This document shows positions 42,601-55,833 of a DNA stretch of 64,000 nt, piece after piece. Location: positions 33,842 to 97,841 of the forward strand of contig NMRA01000885.1 of the NCBI GenBank assembly GCA_002633005.1, given 5' to 3'. The notes beneath the pieces were generated by a model. That model was not told where the DNA came from. It saw only the letters and a program-made list of their open reading frames with translations, and did not search any database. Numbering within the stretch: position 1 is the stretch's first letter; the number at the start of each line of letters is the position of its first letter. Made by a program: the position numbers and the translations under genes. Source of the stretch: Phoronis australis. Taxonomy: Eukaryota > Animalia > Phoronida.

Positions 42601-45600
42601 CGAAATCGTTTCTCTATTACTGCCCTTAAGCTATAAAATAAAATCAGAAACAAATCAAATAGTCATGAACAGAAAATATATTTTAGCGATACAGTGCAAT
42701 ATACATGTAGCATTCCCATTCTCGTGAGGACTGATCTCGTGAACACCAATACTGATATAAGTTTTTCAACGAAACTTGATAATCTAGATAACATTCATAG
42801 TTTTGTTGTGAAAATAAATTTGCGTGTAATTTTGCGATATTCAAATAATTAATTGAGAAATAGAACCTGTAACCGTTAGAGGTTAACACTGACAAAGATA
42901 GTTCAGCAGCTCAAGCGACGAAATTGTCCGTGAGAACGGAACTACATGTAGCACTGGAGTGAAGGGACAGGGTTGGTATGCAGTCGTGAACAATGACTTG
43001 CGTCTGGTATGGGAGAGGAGAATATGTGTCCGTGAGAGCGGAATGCATAACGTGCCTGAGCCTGAAAGGAGTCTTGCGTGCGGGTAGGTCACTGCATGGC
43101 AAGAACCCTGGAGTAGGTTACAATTCTTGAACATGCGTGAGTTCGAATTTTACCCTTTTACAGCATTCGTTCTAGGAAATGTACTCACCTTTCTTAACAG
43201 ACACGGTGAAATTGGCGTGGGCAAAAATGACATTTCCTTGGCGAACGTCACGTCTTCTTCGTTTTAACGAGCAGGTGCTCTAAAATATGTTTAGAGCACT
43301 TTAATCCAGTTTCACAACGATGGTGATCATACTGCTTTTAATGTAAAGGATAAAGTCCCAACAGTATATGTGAGCAAGCAGTTTGACCTCCTGCTCCTTC
43401 ACTTTGCAACAGAGCTGTTAGATTTCTGTTTCAACGCAGATTAACTTGTTTATTAAAAACATTCGATGGATTTGTATTTATTAGGTTATTTGCCTTTTCA
43501 AGATTTTTATAGTTTTTGCAGCTGGTATGCTCGTTGTTACACAAAGTTGTTTTACCGTATGTGCCGGGCAAGTTATTCAAAATTCTGTCGTGTCTACTAC
43601 TTGTCTGCCCATCATACGTCTTTGCTTTATGATCATACATGTACAAGTCAGTAACTACATGTATGTTTAAAGAAATTCTGCTTGTTGGTGAACCAACAAG
43701 AAAAAGTAAGGAACCAATGGTTTGCTTCATTATGTGTTTATCAATCAAAACTTGTAAAATCATACGACGAACCATAGACTATAGTACATGTGTTGTCTAT
43801 AATCTATGGACTAACTGATTTGTTTACCCGTGAATCTCTGCTGTATTCCGGTGTAGTAAACTAGAACCGAGTCTGTTTTCACTTCTTCACGACATTTGTT
43901 AACATTTGTTTTGAAGTTGCAGTGAGATTTTGTGAAATAAATGGAATGAAATTTTCAAAAAAATATATTCGAAGCTTTTATTTTTCTTTCAAGTGACATA
44001 AATTTCGTGATTTCTGTCCAAAAATAATAAACGATTTCAACCACTTCTCGATTTAAATTTGGTTTTATCGTGTTCTTTAATCAGCTCAGAAGTGATCTTA
44101 GGGCTCGGGAATAGCTGACATTTTGTTATTCCCAAAGGCCAAAGGCACACAACTCACGGAGTGACCTATGATCGATCTGGCAGGACAAGAGCACGCATTT
44201 TCATGAAGTGACCTATTAACGAATTTTTAATTCTTTCAAAGCCCTGAAATCACCACAAACTTTACTAGAGAACATACTGAGACCAATATTACAACGGTGC
44301 ATGTACAGTAACGGACCTACATGTAAATCAAAACTTGCTTTTGAGAGATTTAAAGCCGTTTTAACATGCACAATGTAGCTGAAAAGAAGTTTATATCACC
44401 CCGTGTCTGGAATAATAGGAAAGTTAGCGGTGGAAGTAGCGATGGTGGTGGTGGTGGCGGTGGTGGGGTTAGAGTGGTATTGGTGAAACTGGAGGTAGAG
44501 AACAGAAGAATTTTTTTGTTAAAAGTCATCTATACATGGTATTTACGATGGTTATGGCCGTGGTGGTGATGGTGATGGCGGTGCTAGTGATTGTGGTCAT
44601 GGTGGTAACAGTGGTGGTTTCAATGGCCTGCATGGCGTTGGTAGTCCCGAATGCAATATGGATGGATACAACATTCCAGTAATATTTATTGCTGAGACGG
44701 CGGTAATGGTGGATATCTTTACTTGGGAATAATTCTGTAACAGTAGCATTGCGCGATGAGTAGTTTTCTCCAAAACCGATTTGCACCGGTTGTTTGGCAA
44801 TCCCGGACATTCGGAGCACGTGACGGATCACGCGCATACTTTTCAGCAAGGTGTGACCGCGTAGTAGGCCCGGATGCAGAGCGTGATTCGTGGAAATTGA
44901 ATTTAAACCCCTGACCTTGTCCTGGAGTGTGAGCATACATGTATTCTGGGACACCGTTAAATAACATGACTTAAACTGACGAACGGATGGACCAGCTGAC
45001 AGCGACATTCAACCAAAACCAAAAATATAGTCCGGTGGGTGAAAAAGGTACTTGCAATTAAGTTTTCCCTTAGTTTATTGGCCGACAACATTTCTCTCCC
45101 CCCAAACAAATAGTGAATTAACAAAATTTCATCGTAAACCTCCTAAGNATTGGTTTTGGTCAAGTTCTCATTTTTTCTCAAGTCGCCCAAACGCATGGGT
45201 AAAGCCAGTTTTCAACCGATGAGGCTGGTTTTGCGCTTTCATACACTAAAGATAAATTATAACTTCAGATTGACAAGCGTAAGCGCCGCCCCCGCCATGG
45301 TCGCTGTCAATCGGTGCGCCACTTACGCTGGTTAAGACGACTATGAGGAACCACGCAGCTAAAAATGCCGCACCAAAACGACGCAAACCAGAATCAATTA
45401 AACCCTGTCTTTGATATGGAGCAAAATTAATGACGGAAGCTTCATTGTAAATAAAACCGTCCATACCACTGGCTCGCAGTTCGTGTCACCTGCAGTCACA
45501 CATATCGCCAATTCGACCTCTACCGTCAACGTCTCGGACAACGGGGGGGGCAAACATGACCATCTTCAATGTAGTTGAGTCCGTGGTAAGAGTGTTCCCA

Positions 45601-48600
45601 TCTTTTTTACCTGTTTGCTGAATGGCGTTTTTAAGAGACGTTTCTCCGCCAGTCGTGCAGCTTAATAATGAGAAGAAAATGTTTTCAATCGATAATTGCA
45701 TAGGCAATGAAATCAAAAACAAGCGTTTTATCAGTCACAAAATCCAACGTTGGCACCGGCAAACTTACATGTACTATCATAGTTGCCCATTGATGCAAAC
45801 AAAACCGCAGAAACAGTGGGTATGAGATCACCAACAGAGTATCCAGTTCTTGTTGCCTACTGCAACATCAGGCAGTCACCCTGAGAACTCCTCGAATAGG
45901 AACGTAAGGTCATTTGGACTAGAGTCCAGTTGTTGGCTTTTGATATGCACTGAGATGTGAAATATCGGCCATTATGTTTTCTGGGTGTCTGAGCATAGAT
46001 ATATAGGCAGAATAGAGTACATTGTACTGTTGGTAAACACAGGCACGTTCAAACAACACCGGAAGGTTGCCAGTCTTGTTTCTTAGTTTCTTGGTGATTT
46101 TAATTTACGTCTTACCCTGTCTCAATCACCTGAATGCTGTTTGTTGTACCTGACTTGTACCAGGCATTAACGATTTTTGCAAGTCCAGCATAGGTCCCTG
46201 GGGCTACAAGATCGAATAAATTAATAGATATCATGACTACGTTTTTGAAAATTTTCGACTTACGAATGCAACTCAACAGTTAAGAGTATAGTTGTGTACA
46301 TGCATCAAAACTAGGTTCCACTGTAGCTGTTCAGTGACCTGAATGAAACCGAAAATGTTGCCGTTCTGTTTTCCGGGACGCGTTCTGCTGACGCAAGACA
46401 GCAGAAGTTAACATGACCACGTGCTTCGCTTGTATACCCCGGCGATATCCAAACAAACACTTATGCGTGATCTTGTATTTCCTTCAATAACTTGCGTGTA
46501 CGGAACGCAGCCCAGAATGTTGAGATTTTGTTCAAAACTGAAAGGAAACCACCCCATTAAATCCTAATAGGCCTATATTCGTGTTCAAGTCATTACAGTC
46601 ACAAAACAAAGGTCTTGTGGCTATTTTTTACTTCGTGTTTTAGATCTTTACAACTCTTCAGAATTGAAAAGATCAGATTGATAAAAATAGCACCCGGTAC
46701 GCCCGGTCGAGTACATATTGCGAACGTGAAGTAATCTTTATAATGGAAACACTGTAAATAACGGATACTCCACCATAGAACGCATTTACACTTGAAGGAG
46801 AGTTCCATACCGGTCCCGCCAACAAATATGCAAATTGGCAAGAGCAATTAATGTACAAATTATAAATCTTAATTTCTGCTAACACGACAGATTGAAATGA
46901 AAGAAGTACGAAATTACTCTCGCTATACTATATTCATATTAGCAAAACCTATATTTGCTATTTAGTGAAATGCAGCGGAACAAGCAGGGTCTTGACTTTG
47001 GCGGGCTAATGCAATGACGTTTGACCTAAAATGGCTCAAAAAGTATGTCGGTGACCCACATTTTTTCTATGTCATAGCAAAGTCGTTGAGCATCAAAATA
47101 GGATATTAAAATGTTAACATAGTCTGTAATTATTTGTGTAAATGCTAATTTGTTAAAATTCAACGTAGTCAAAATTAAATCCAACGAAACCGAACTAAAA
47201 TCAGTGAACTGGCAAATATATTCAATACCACAATAAGATGAATGTGACATTGGGCAGCGAGATTGTTCCGTTTTCAACAAGACTTCAGTCATTAGTTTAA
47301 TTATGCCTGGGTTGTCAGTGACCCATTTCAATTTCACATTGCTAGAGTTGTCTCGCTTCCGGCTGCTGTAACGAAAAAACTGAATTCCGTGACATGTAGT
47401 TATATTGTATATTTGTAGTAAACCGGACAACAAAATATGAAAATTGCATATCAACAGAAACTTAAAACTATGTCGCATTTCCTTAGAAACCGTCATCATT
47501 AACCGCATTTAATGAACTAAGGTGTAGTCAATGAGTCCATGTCTTAGCTCAACATGTATGCCTTTAATTAAATTACAGTTTCGTTTATAACTGGCCATAA
47601 CTTCAAGAGCTAGGCAAAATAATGGACCGACAATGAATCACCCTGTCTTACACCAAATTCTAAACGAAAATAATCTGTAGCAAAACCATTATAGACAACA
47701 AAAGCAGTTGGTTTATTGTAATTTTTTTCTACCCATCTTGTAAAACCTTCTCCAAAATTAAAAGCCTTCAAAGATTTTAAAAATAAAGCCCCATTTATAT
47801 AGGCATTGCAAAAGTCCAAAAAGAGAATGTGTCCTTGACGACCAGTAATTACATGTATATCCTGAATGATACGAACTAAATTTTACCCATTAACAGCGGT
47901 TTGACCTGGGTGAACCAGTTTTTCCATAATATTATTTATGAAAGATCAGGAATCTTCATCACCATTGCGTGCTGTTTGACGAAATTTTCTTTTGAAACCA
48001 AAATGCTGTAAACTTGCGGCTATGTAAAATTGTTAAATGTTTCATCAAATTAGGTGGTGACAATTTCTGAGGCTGACATACACAAATTAGTAGGACGCTT
48101 CCGGAAATTGGCTAGTTCCGTTCAATTCATGATAAAACTGCTTCAGTAAGAAATGAGGACGCTGGACTGACGAACGGACAGACTCACGGTAGAACAGACA
48201 GAGATAGCCACAAGACGCATTTGTATGCAGGAGCATAAGATTGAAGTCCAGTTGCATAAAAGTTATACGCCGTATAGCAACAACGACGTCGCATTATCAC
48301 GCGTCACGTTGCTATTGTTGAACAAAGCACCTGACGTCAAAGCAACAATCACACTTATCCAGAGGATAATTTTAAAGTTTTATGCAACCCAGCCGTGATA
48401 ATGTTAACACAATTTCTAGGGCACCAACTGCATACATCGCTTCGAGTTGTTGTTTTTTATCAACGTCCACAAAAGTAGCTGATACACACTGAAGAACCTC
48501 AAAACAAGTCAGACTAAACTAGATCACTTAAAGCGGCTATACACCCACCATCCATTGTAAAATATACTTTTGATTTTCACCACTTCCCGTTATGAAATCG

Positions 48601-51600
48601 TTTCTGTAGTCAATTTGGACATGATTTCATATCTTCGAAAGAACACTGATATTGCGCGAGGGCTTGTTAAGTTCGCTTGTTGCCAAGTCATTTTATGCAT
48701 CCTGCACTGTCCATATCTCTTTTCATCTTATTAAGAAACACATGAAGACAATTTCAATGTGCGCAAATGGTCTTAATCAAATGTTTGCCTCGTGGGCAGA
48801 ATTCTTGGTGTATAGTTTTACACACTTACTATCGTCAAAAGTTACACGCAACTTCACTGCTGTCCCAGCTGCAACCGGGTTGGTGGTCGAGTAAACGATA
48901 GTGCCGGCATCATCAATGATCTGCAATGTCAGCGCTGGCATGGTTTGTGTCGCTGTGACATCGCCGAAAGCTCCCCTGAAGATGAGCACGGTGAAGTTCA
49001 GTTATCCCGGAGCATGAACCACCACAAAAAACGTGTGACAATTTGCTGATAAGTTAAAGGCAAGAAAGGTGTGTGTGTGTGTGNNNNNNNNNNNNNNNNN
49101 NNNNNNNNNNNNNNNNNNNNNNNNNNNNNNNNNNNNNNNNNNNNNNNNNNNNNNNNNNNNNNNNNNNNNNNNNNNNNNNNNNNNNNNNNNNNNNNNNNNN
49201 NNNNNNNNNNNNNNNNNNNNNNNNNNNNNNNNNNNNNNNNNNNNNNNNNNNNNNNNNNNNNNNNNNNNNNNNNNNNNNNNNNNNNNNNNNNNNNNNNNNN
49301 NNNNNNNNNNNNNNNNNNNNNNNNNNNNNNNNNNNNNNNNNNNNNNNNNNNNNNNNNNNNNNNNNNNNNNNNNNNNNNNNNNNNNNNNNNNNNNNNNNNN
49401 NNNNNNNNNNNNNNNNNNNNNNNNNNNNNNNNNNNNNNNNNNNNNNNNNNNNNNNNNNNNNNNNNNNNNNNNNNNNNNNNNNNNNNNNNNNNNNNNNNNN
49501 NNNNNNNNNNNNNNNNNNNNNNNNNNNNNNNNNNNNNNNNNNNNNNNNNNNNNNNNNNNNNNNNNNNNNNNNNNNNNNNNNNNNNNNNNNNNNNNNNNNN
49601 NNNNNNNNNNNNNNNNNNNNNNNNNNNNNNNNNNNNNNNNNNNNNNNNNNNNNNNNNNNNNNNNNNNNNNNNNNNNNNNNNNNNNNNNNNNNNNNNNNNN
49701 NNNNNNNNNNNNNNNNNNNNNNNNNNNNNNNNNNNNNNNNNNNNNNNNNNNNNNNNNNNNNNNNNNNNNNNNNNNNNNNNNNNNNNNNNNNNNNNNNNNN
49801 NNNNNNNNNNNNNNNNNNNNNNNNNNNNNNNNNNNNNNNNNNNNNNNNNNNNNNNNNNNNNNNNNNNNNNNNNNNNNNNNNNNNNNNNNNNNNNNNNNNN
49901 NNNNNNNNNNNNNNNNNNNNNNNNNNNNNNNNNNNNNNNNNNNNNNNNNNNNNNNNNNNNNNNNNNNNNNNNNNNNNNNNNNNNNNNNNNNNNNNNNNNN
50001 NNNNNNNNNNNNNNNNNNNNNNNNNNNNNNNNNNNNNNNNNNNNNNNNNNNNNNNNNNNNNNNNNNGTGCGTGTGGGTGTGCGTGTGCATGTGCAGGTGT
50101 GTATGTAAGAAGCGTCAAAGGGTTTTGAAACGAGTATCTTTCTGCGCGAAGACATATGCTTAATTTACGCGTACTTTTGCTTAATCTAAAGGCATTTTGC
50201 TTAATTTGCACGTGGTTTTGCTTAGTCTATGCTTACTTTTAATACGCTCTATTTTTCTTATTCTACGCGAACTTTTAGTTCTTAAACGATCATGGTTCAG
50301 GTCTTAATCAATTAATTTGAGAGCAACGCCGCCGCTTTTAAACGATCATCGTTCTGCTCTTATTCAACTACATGTACATGTACATGAAATTTGGGAGCAC
50401 CGGCGTGATTGGACTATATGAACTGATGTACGTGTTGATTAAAACTTTGCGTCGTACAAGCGTCGATTAAGCGAAAGTGCACTTACATTAAGCAAAATTA
50501 CACGTAGCTTAAGCAAATGTACAAGTAGATTAAGCAAAAGTACACGTAGACTAAACAAAAGTACGCTTAGATGAAGCACATAAATGTATTTGTTAAAGAA
50601 CCCTTATGCGCTTCATAGCCGCCAGATGAGAACGAGTGCATAGCTTCTTTCTTTTTTCGCCAGGGGAACGCAGGCACCACTCCCGAGTGAAATGCACTCG
50701 TATTAAAGAGTGCACAATTTTGTTCTTTTACAGCCAGCTGGATACTGGCACTTGCGAGTAAAATGCACTTGTGTATCATGCATTATAGAAGAGCCTGGCT
50801 TCGAGGCTACACTCGCTGGTTCCCTGCTTGCCACCAGGTGGTCAGTAACCAGCACGCAGGTATCACTTAAATTTTCTCGGGAATTTTTTTTACACCGGCG
50901 TTTCTGATTGGCTAGTCGAATTCTCAACAGGCAACGCTTTACGCAAACAAACTGGCATCACATATACCCCATAGTCTACGCTGGCATGACAGATGGACTG
51001 AATTGTAAATGAGGTCTGTTGTACAGACTTTATGTTCAGGAAATATGCGAATTCTAGAAATTGTAGTTGCGCCTTTTCGGAATGCATCTTTCTACTGTCG
51101 ATGACTTTTCTTTACGATAGTGTCCTGTATTCATACAGTATGAATAACACACCGGTTAAATCGGCCAGATGTGTGCTTGTTGTACATGTACAGTATGAGC
51201 TTCAAGCACGCAGCTATTAAACACCACTAGTGCCGAAACGAAATAGTTGCTGGGACGCCACTTGCATGACAAGGCTAAAAATCGTTCACAGTCCGCCATT
51301 TTTTCACGGTGTTGTAAAGCTAACCAATGACTGATGAGGTTACATCAACGAATGCTAATGCGCGTGCCACTGCGTGATACCTGCGTGCTGGCTAGGCACG
51401 TAGGGGACCAGCGAGCGAGGCTACATTCATTTGACGGAAATGCACTCCAACATGCCTGCGTCCGGGACACAAGTGTAAAATAGTGCAATATAAACGTTCG
51501 CATTAACCAAAACTGAGCGGACACAACTTTCCGATCCATGCATGCAGACGATCGGAGCATTCCGAAGTGCATGAACTTGTGCCTGAGTCCGCCTGGCGGC

Positions 51601-54600
51601 AAAGGGACAAACCTATGCAATCCTGTGAACGAGTGCATTACACATGTTCCCCAAAGAAAACGTCCGCGTTTCATGCATGTGTTCTGGTGCGGGTATGAGT
51701 ACGCAAGCGCGTGTAGCCTAACTGTCCGTTTCTGCAATTGTTTGAATGTATTCATGTAGGTAGGTAGGTGTAGGTAGGTTTGTAAGAATATGGATATACA
51801 CATGTGTATTAATGTCAACAGGCCAAAGGGTCCCTTCACAATCACAGAAACAGACAATGCAAAGTGTAGTAGAGTACGCACGGTTTGTCACTCTGCAACA
51901 TACTCTGGTCTACTTTCAACCGTAGCTCATTAGTCAGTAGTCCAAGGCGCATCAAACTAACGCTATCTGCACATTTGAAAAGTAACACTCGACTGGCAAA
52001 CTTTGTTACATTGGACACTCTAACAGAAAATGGAACGTTATTCTCGATAGCATTCACTTAGCATATGATACGCTTGCTTCGACCTTCAAAGATTCCCGTT
52101 TCAATCCTTAACATATGGTTTGAACCATGAAGTTTGGCTAACTGTCTTCTAAGCACCGATCTGTGAATTGCTGAGACGAACATCTCCAAGACTGGGTGTC
52201 TCAAAACGTTCGTGAAGACTAACTTGTGGGTAGATAACATTTCTGCTAGCCTGTATTGATTGTCAACATCAGCACAACACTGCTTGGAAATAGTACAAAA
52301 TAACACTTACTAGTTGGTTGGAAACCTCTTGAATTGAACGAAAATCAGAACAAATCAGTCGTGCTCTGGATGATCGTGTCGGAGCACCTGTTTACACAGT
52401 CGACAGATGTGCACGTCGTAGACGACAGTCAGAGTGTCACTCAGGCACTGTGACCTGAGTGATCCTACAGAACAGTTTTCTTTTCTCCTAGCTAAGTCAC
52501 GACAGGTCACAAACTATCGTGTCACCACTCTATCTGTTCTGATATGTCGTATTCGACAATCGAATTTGACAGTCGTACACAACCGTGGACAGTGTTCGCA
52601 GACTGCGGTCGTGACTGACGAATTTTCAACAATTATGTGTAAGTGATGGGTCAAAGTCAGTAATTCACGTTTTAAATAACAAGCATCATTCTAAATGTCA
52701 CTTTTCATAAAAATAAATCAAATTACTAACGTCGCATTAACGTTGCTGACTGAGCTACCAGTCAGAGTCGGTTCTCCGTTCGCATCATAAGAACATGTGT
52801 AGGTGTGCTTTGTGTCGGGGGATCCAGTGTTTGTACCATCAGATAAGACGGTAGCAAAAATTGTGATTTCCGCATCGCCAGCTCCAGATGGTTTCTGAAA
52901 TTATAACGTGATTCTCTAGTTACAAGATTCACTTTTAACTGCAGTGTATTGGTGTAAGGCAACATTTATGGATTTATATAATGTACACAGTTATGCCTCA
53001 TGCTGAGGCAAGGTCATATGAGCCTAATTAGTATGATAATCTGATGAGTGTGGTACGTAACTAACCGTTAATGGCCGAGCAATAGCCTGCCGACTATGTT
53101 CTCATCGAGAACAGGGGTACCTCTTAACTGGTGTAGGAAGTACTTAATGGAGGAAAGTCTCGTAAATGTTTTATTTAAGATTGAGTGTCAAAACCTTTAA
53201 TAATTACGTGTTAACACCGGAAAAATGAGTGGCGGAAACCTATCCACTAAACAATTTGAGTGAGGGGCGCTCGCCCCTCCTAGCCCCCTCCCTACCCTAC
53301 CCCGCTTCCTATGTATATGCCTTCTACGCAGAATACCTCCTGGAATAAATATTTTGCTGAAGAAAAATGACAACAAAACTTGATAATCCTAAGAAATCCG
53401 GGAGAAATAGGTAGGGCAAATTGAAGTCGCAGGGGTAAGAGTTCGCATGACATCAATATTTCAAAACCCTCCAATGTGTACTAATTACTTGAATGAGCAT
53501 CTTTGTCCAATTTCTTTTAGCCTTCCCTTATCTTTTATCTAATGTCCAATTCTTTGAGGTACTTGCACAACCTACATGTGCGTTACGTTTAAGCAAAATT
53601 CGTCATGTCGCTAGGTCAAAAATGGTTAGCTAAGTAATTTCTTTTCGAAACCTATTATTGCCCTTGGAGTTTTGCCACAGTACTTTGTTTACCCCAAAAA
53701 TCCTGCCACACACCTTGCTGTCAAATTTCAGCAAATTTCGTTTACTCAATTCGCCAACAATTGACGGTAGGGAGACTACTGTAGAAAACTAAAGCCTACT
53801 CATAATGTGTGCTGCAGAAGCGGACTCCGCCCTAAAATTGACAGACACAGGTGTCGGCCCATTCCCCCTGTGAAAGTACGTCGCATTTCATCATGATCTG
53901 TCCCGTACTGGTTTTTCGAGAAAATAGACGCAAAAGTAAAGAACACGAGGGGGCCAGAAGACACTGGACGGAAGGACAAACGGGCGTGTATCCAACAAAA
54001 AAACATGAACTTATATGTAATACAACGTCTTACGCTCACGTCTGTTATTTGCAAATTCTGTTGCTTGTTTAATTCTGTTTAATCCATATTTCTTGTTTCT
54101 AAAGTTGCTTTTTAAATAAATTCCCACTATAAAACTACAGAGGGTCTGGAGTCAAGTGTCTTAAACAAGGTGGTTGTGTTGGTCACTNAGTAGGGCAAAT
54201 TGAAGTCGCAGGGGTAAGAGTTCGCATGACATCAATATTTCAAAACTCTCCAATGTGTACTAATTACTTGAATGAGCATCTTTGTCCAATTTCTTTTAGC
54301 CTTCCCTTATCTTTTATCTAATGTCCAATTCTTTGAGATACTTGCACAACCTACATGTGCGTTACGTTTAAGCAAAATTCGTCGTGTCGCTAGCCAGGTC
54401 AAAAAGGGTTAGCTAAGTAATTTCTTTTCGAAAACTATTATTGCCCTTGGAGTTTTGCCACAGTACTTTGCTTACCCCGAAAATCCTGTCACACACCTTG
54501 CTGTCAAATTTGAGCAAATTTCGTTTACTCAATTCGCCAACAATTGACGGTAGGGAGACTACTGTAGAAAACTAAAGCCTACTCATAATGTGTGCTGTAG

Positions 54601-55833
54601 TAGCGGACTCCGCCCTAAAATTGACAGATACAGGTGTCGGCCCATTCCACCTGTGAAAGTACGTCGCATTTCATCATGATCTGTCCCGTACTGGTTTTTC
54701 GAGAAAATAGACGCAAAAGTAAAGAACACGAGGTGGCCAGAAGACACTGGACGGAAGGAAAAACGGGCGTGTATCCAACAAAAACATGACCTTACAGAAC
54801 GTTTTACGCTCACGTCTGTTATTTGCAAATTCTGTTGCTTGTTTAATTCTGTTTAATCCATATTTCTTGTTTCTAAAGTTGCTCTTTAAATAAATTCCCA
54901 CTATAAAACTACAGAGGGTCTGGAGTCAAGTGTCTTAAACAAGGTGGTTGTGTTGGTCACTCGCGCACGTACAACCTGTCCGAGTTGGTCCCGCAGATGT
55001 TCGATAGGGTTCTAGGCTGCATGCGGGCCATTCCATTTGCTGTACATTTGAAAGCTGCAAACTGGGCATCCCAAACCCATTTTGCATAATTGCAAGTCAT
55101 ACTGAGCTCGCTAACATCATGAGTTCCAGTGTTTCACAAATTTACATGTAGTGTTCCCCCGGTGTTTATCACCATCATATAACAGGTGGTGAAAATCAGG
55201 GAAATTTGCAACATTCACTTTGAGACCACGCCCTCTTTGGCAACAAAGTTACGGAGCATATCAAAAAGTTGTTGACAAAATTTGAATGACCGAGTTTTCC
55301 ACTGGTAACAACATGATTTAACTAATCCTAAAGTAACGAAAACACGGAAGAATGAACACAAATTTCCAAAAATTTTATAAGGTGTTTCAATACATGTACT
55401 TAAAACCGAAGTGATGAGCTAGAAACCTGACTCAAAGGTCTAGCCGTGTTCATAACTGAGTCGTGAGCCAATACTAGAAATTGAACAGAAACCGAAAAGT
55501 CCTGAAGTATTTTGCACGATAAAAGTAACTGGGGGTACTGAATGTGGTAGTGATCTTGATAACGGGGACTTCGGAAAATCTAATGAGAACAGTAATGTAT
55601 TGGTACACTAACTGTCATGATACTGCAGTTTATAAACGGAACGGCTAGTGCTAACAGTGTACTCACCGTCACTCCGCAGTTGGCATACCTAAAAGACAAT
55701 GTACCAGTGCCGCCAGACATGGCTACCTTGCAATATCCGTCAGCGGCTTTGCCTTCCACATACATTAGTGTTTTTGTATTGTCAGCCCCTGCTATGGTAA
55801 GGGACGAACCATCTTTTTGACATATGTATGTCC
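39477..55833 (-). CDS. ZP-module (zona pellucida domain) type I membrane protein, 5'-incomplete; join complement(55667..55833,52731..52894,48830..48975,46116..46203,45467..45660,43189..43279,39477..39664); 1-nt excess in G8 run at 45543-45550
   Basis: Seven GT-AG exons with chained phases 1/0/2/1/2/0/1; four ZP-N cysteines (YIC, GYC, NCG, YTC), ZP-C strands, KRRRR furin site followed by a hydrophobic patch, TM helix and short tail. Confidence 0.82.
40040..40560 (-). mobile_element. Degenerate non-LTR retrotransposon 3' end (I/R1/Loa-like)
   Basis: IQILTGHCNLARH...SPVCPECG..VESPKHLV..CPAF..LR zinc-knuckle C-terminus. Confidence 0.65.
42214..42926. repeat. Near-identical ~355-bp tandem duplication around single N (42571); probable assembly artefact
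   Basis: 42214-42570 vs 42572-42926. Confidence 0.8.
43189..43279 (-). CDS. ZP gene exon: furin site + external hydrophobic patch (STCSLKRRRRDVRQGNVIFAHANFTVSVKK)
   Basis: 91 nt, phase 0 to 1, ttttag/GTGAGT. Confidence 0.85.
44425..44645. repeat. Degenerate (GGT)n simple repeat
   Basis: GGT/GAT triplet runs. Confidence 0.6.
45467..45660 (-). CDS. ZP gene exon: ZP-C end (CTTGG...KMVMFAP/PLSETLTVEVELAICVTAGDTNCEPV), +1 frameshift in homopolymer
   Basis: 194 nt where phase arithmetic needs 193; removing one base from the G8 run restores frame to the phase-0 donor. Confidence 0.75.
46116..46203 (-). CDS. ZP gene exon (TPGTYAGLAKIVNAWYKSGTTNSIQVIETG)
   Basis: 88 nt, phase 1 to 2, ttgtag/GTAAG; joins to give ETG|C. 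Confidence 0.78.
47560..47930 (-). mobile_element. L1/Tx1-clade reverse transcriptase fragment
   Basis: LVHPGQT...ILFLDFCNAY...FLKSLKAFNFGEGFTRWV...VVYNG...FRLEFGVRQGDSLS. Confidence 0.8.
48830..48975 (-). CDS. ZP gene exon: linker/IHP and ZP-C start (MPALTLQIIDD...GTAVKLRVTFDD)
   Basis: 146 nt, phase 2 to 1, cttcag/GTAAGT. Confidence 0.82.
49069..50104. other. Assembly gap (N 49084-50066) flanked by (GT)n microsatellite
   Basis: 983 N; GT-rich on both sides. Confidence 0.95.
50120..50603. mobile_element. MITE-like foldback element with inverted arrays of ~21-22 bp subrepeats
   Basis: TTTTGCTTAATCTA-type repeats at left, TAGATTAAGCAAAAG-type at right; GGGTT...AACCC ends. Confidence 0.6.
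51880..52300 (-). mobile_element. Degenerate LINE ORF2 3' end
   Basis: LAKLHGSNHMLRIETG...KRIIC followed by a decayed E..H/F...C knuckle. Confidence 0.55.
52731..52894 (-). CDS. ZP gene exon: ZP-N second half (KPSGAGDAEITIFATV...HTYTCSYDANG...)
   Basis: 164 nt, phase 0 to 2, tttcag/GTTAGT; this reading frame is not in the ORF track. Confidence 0.8.
53411..54961. repeat. Near-identical ~775-bp tandem duplication around single N (54188); probable assembly artefact
   Basis: 53411-54187 vs 54190-54961; explains the twin ORFs 53800 and 54583. Confidence 0.8.
55667..55833 (-). CDS. ZP gene exon: ZP-N first half (GTYICQKDG...YCKV...YANCGVT)
   Basis: 167 nt, phase 1 to 0, GTGAGT donor. Confidence 0.82.

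Noticed and set aside
44366-45008. Gly- or Thr-rich ORFs
   Set aside because: Produced by the (GGT)n simple repeat inside a ZP-gene intron.
45246-45464. Hydrophobic ORF as TM exon of the ZP gene
   Set aside because: Lies in the intron after the 45467 donor; the furin and TM exons at 43189 and 39477 fit phase and domain order.
48998-50211. Six long ORFs of 345-385 aa
   Set aside because: Artefacts of translating the N gap.
53800-54901. Duplicated small ORF pair (MQITDVSV...)
   Set aside because: Non-coding sequence within the N-centred duplication artefact.
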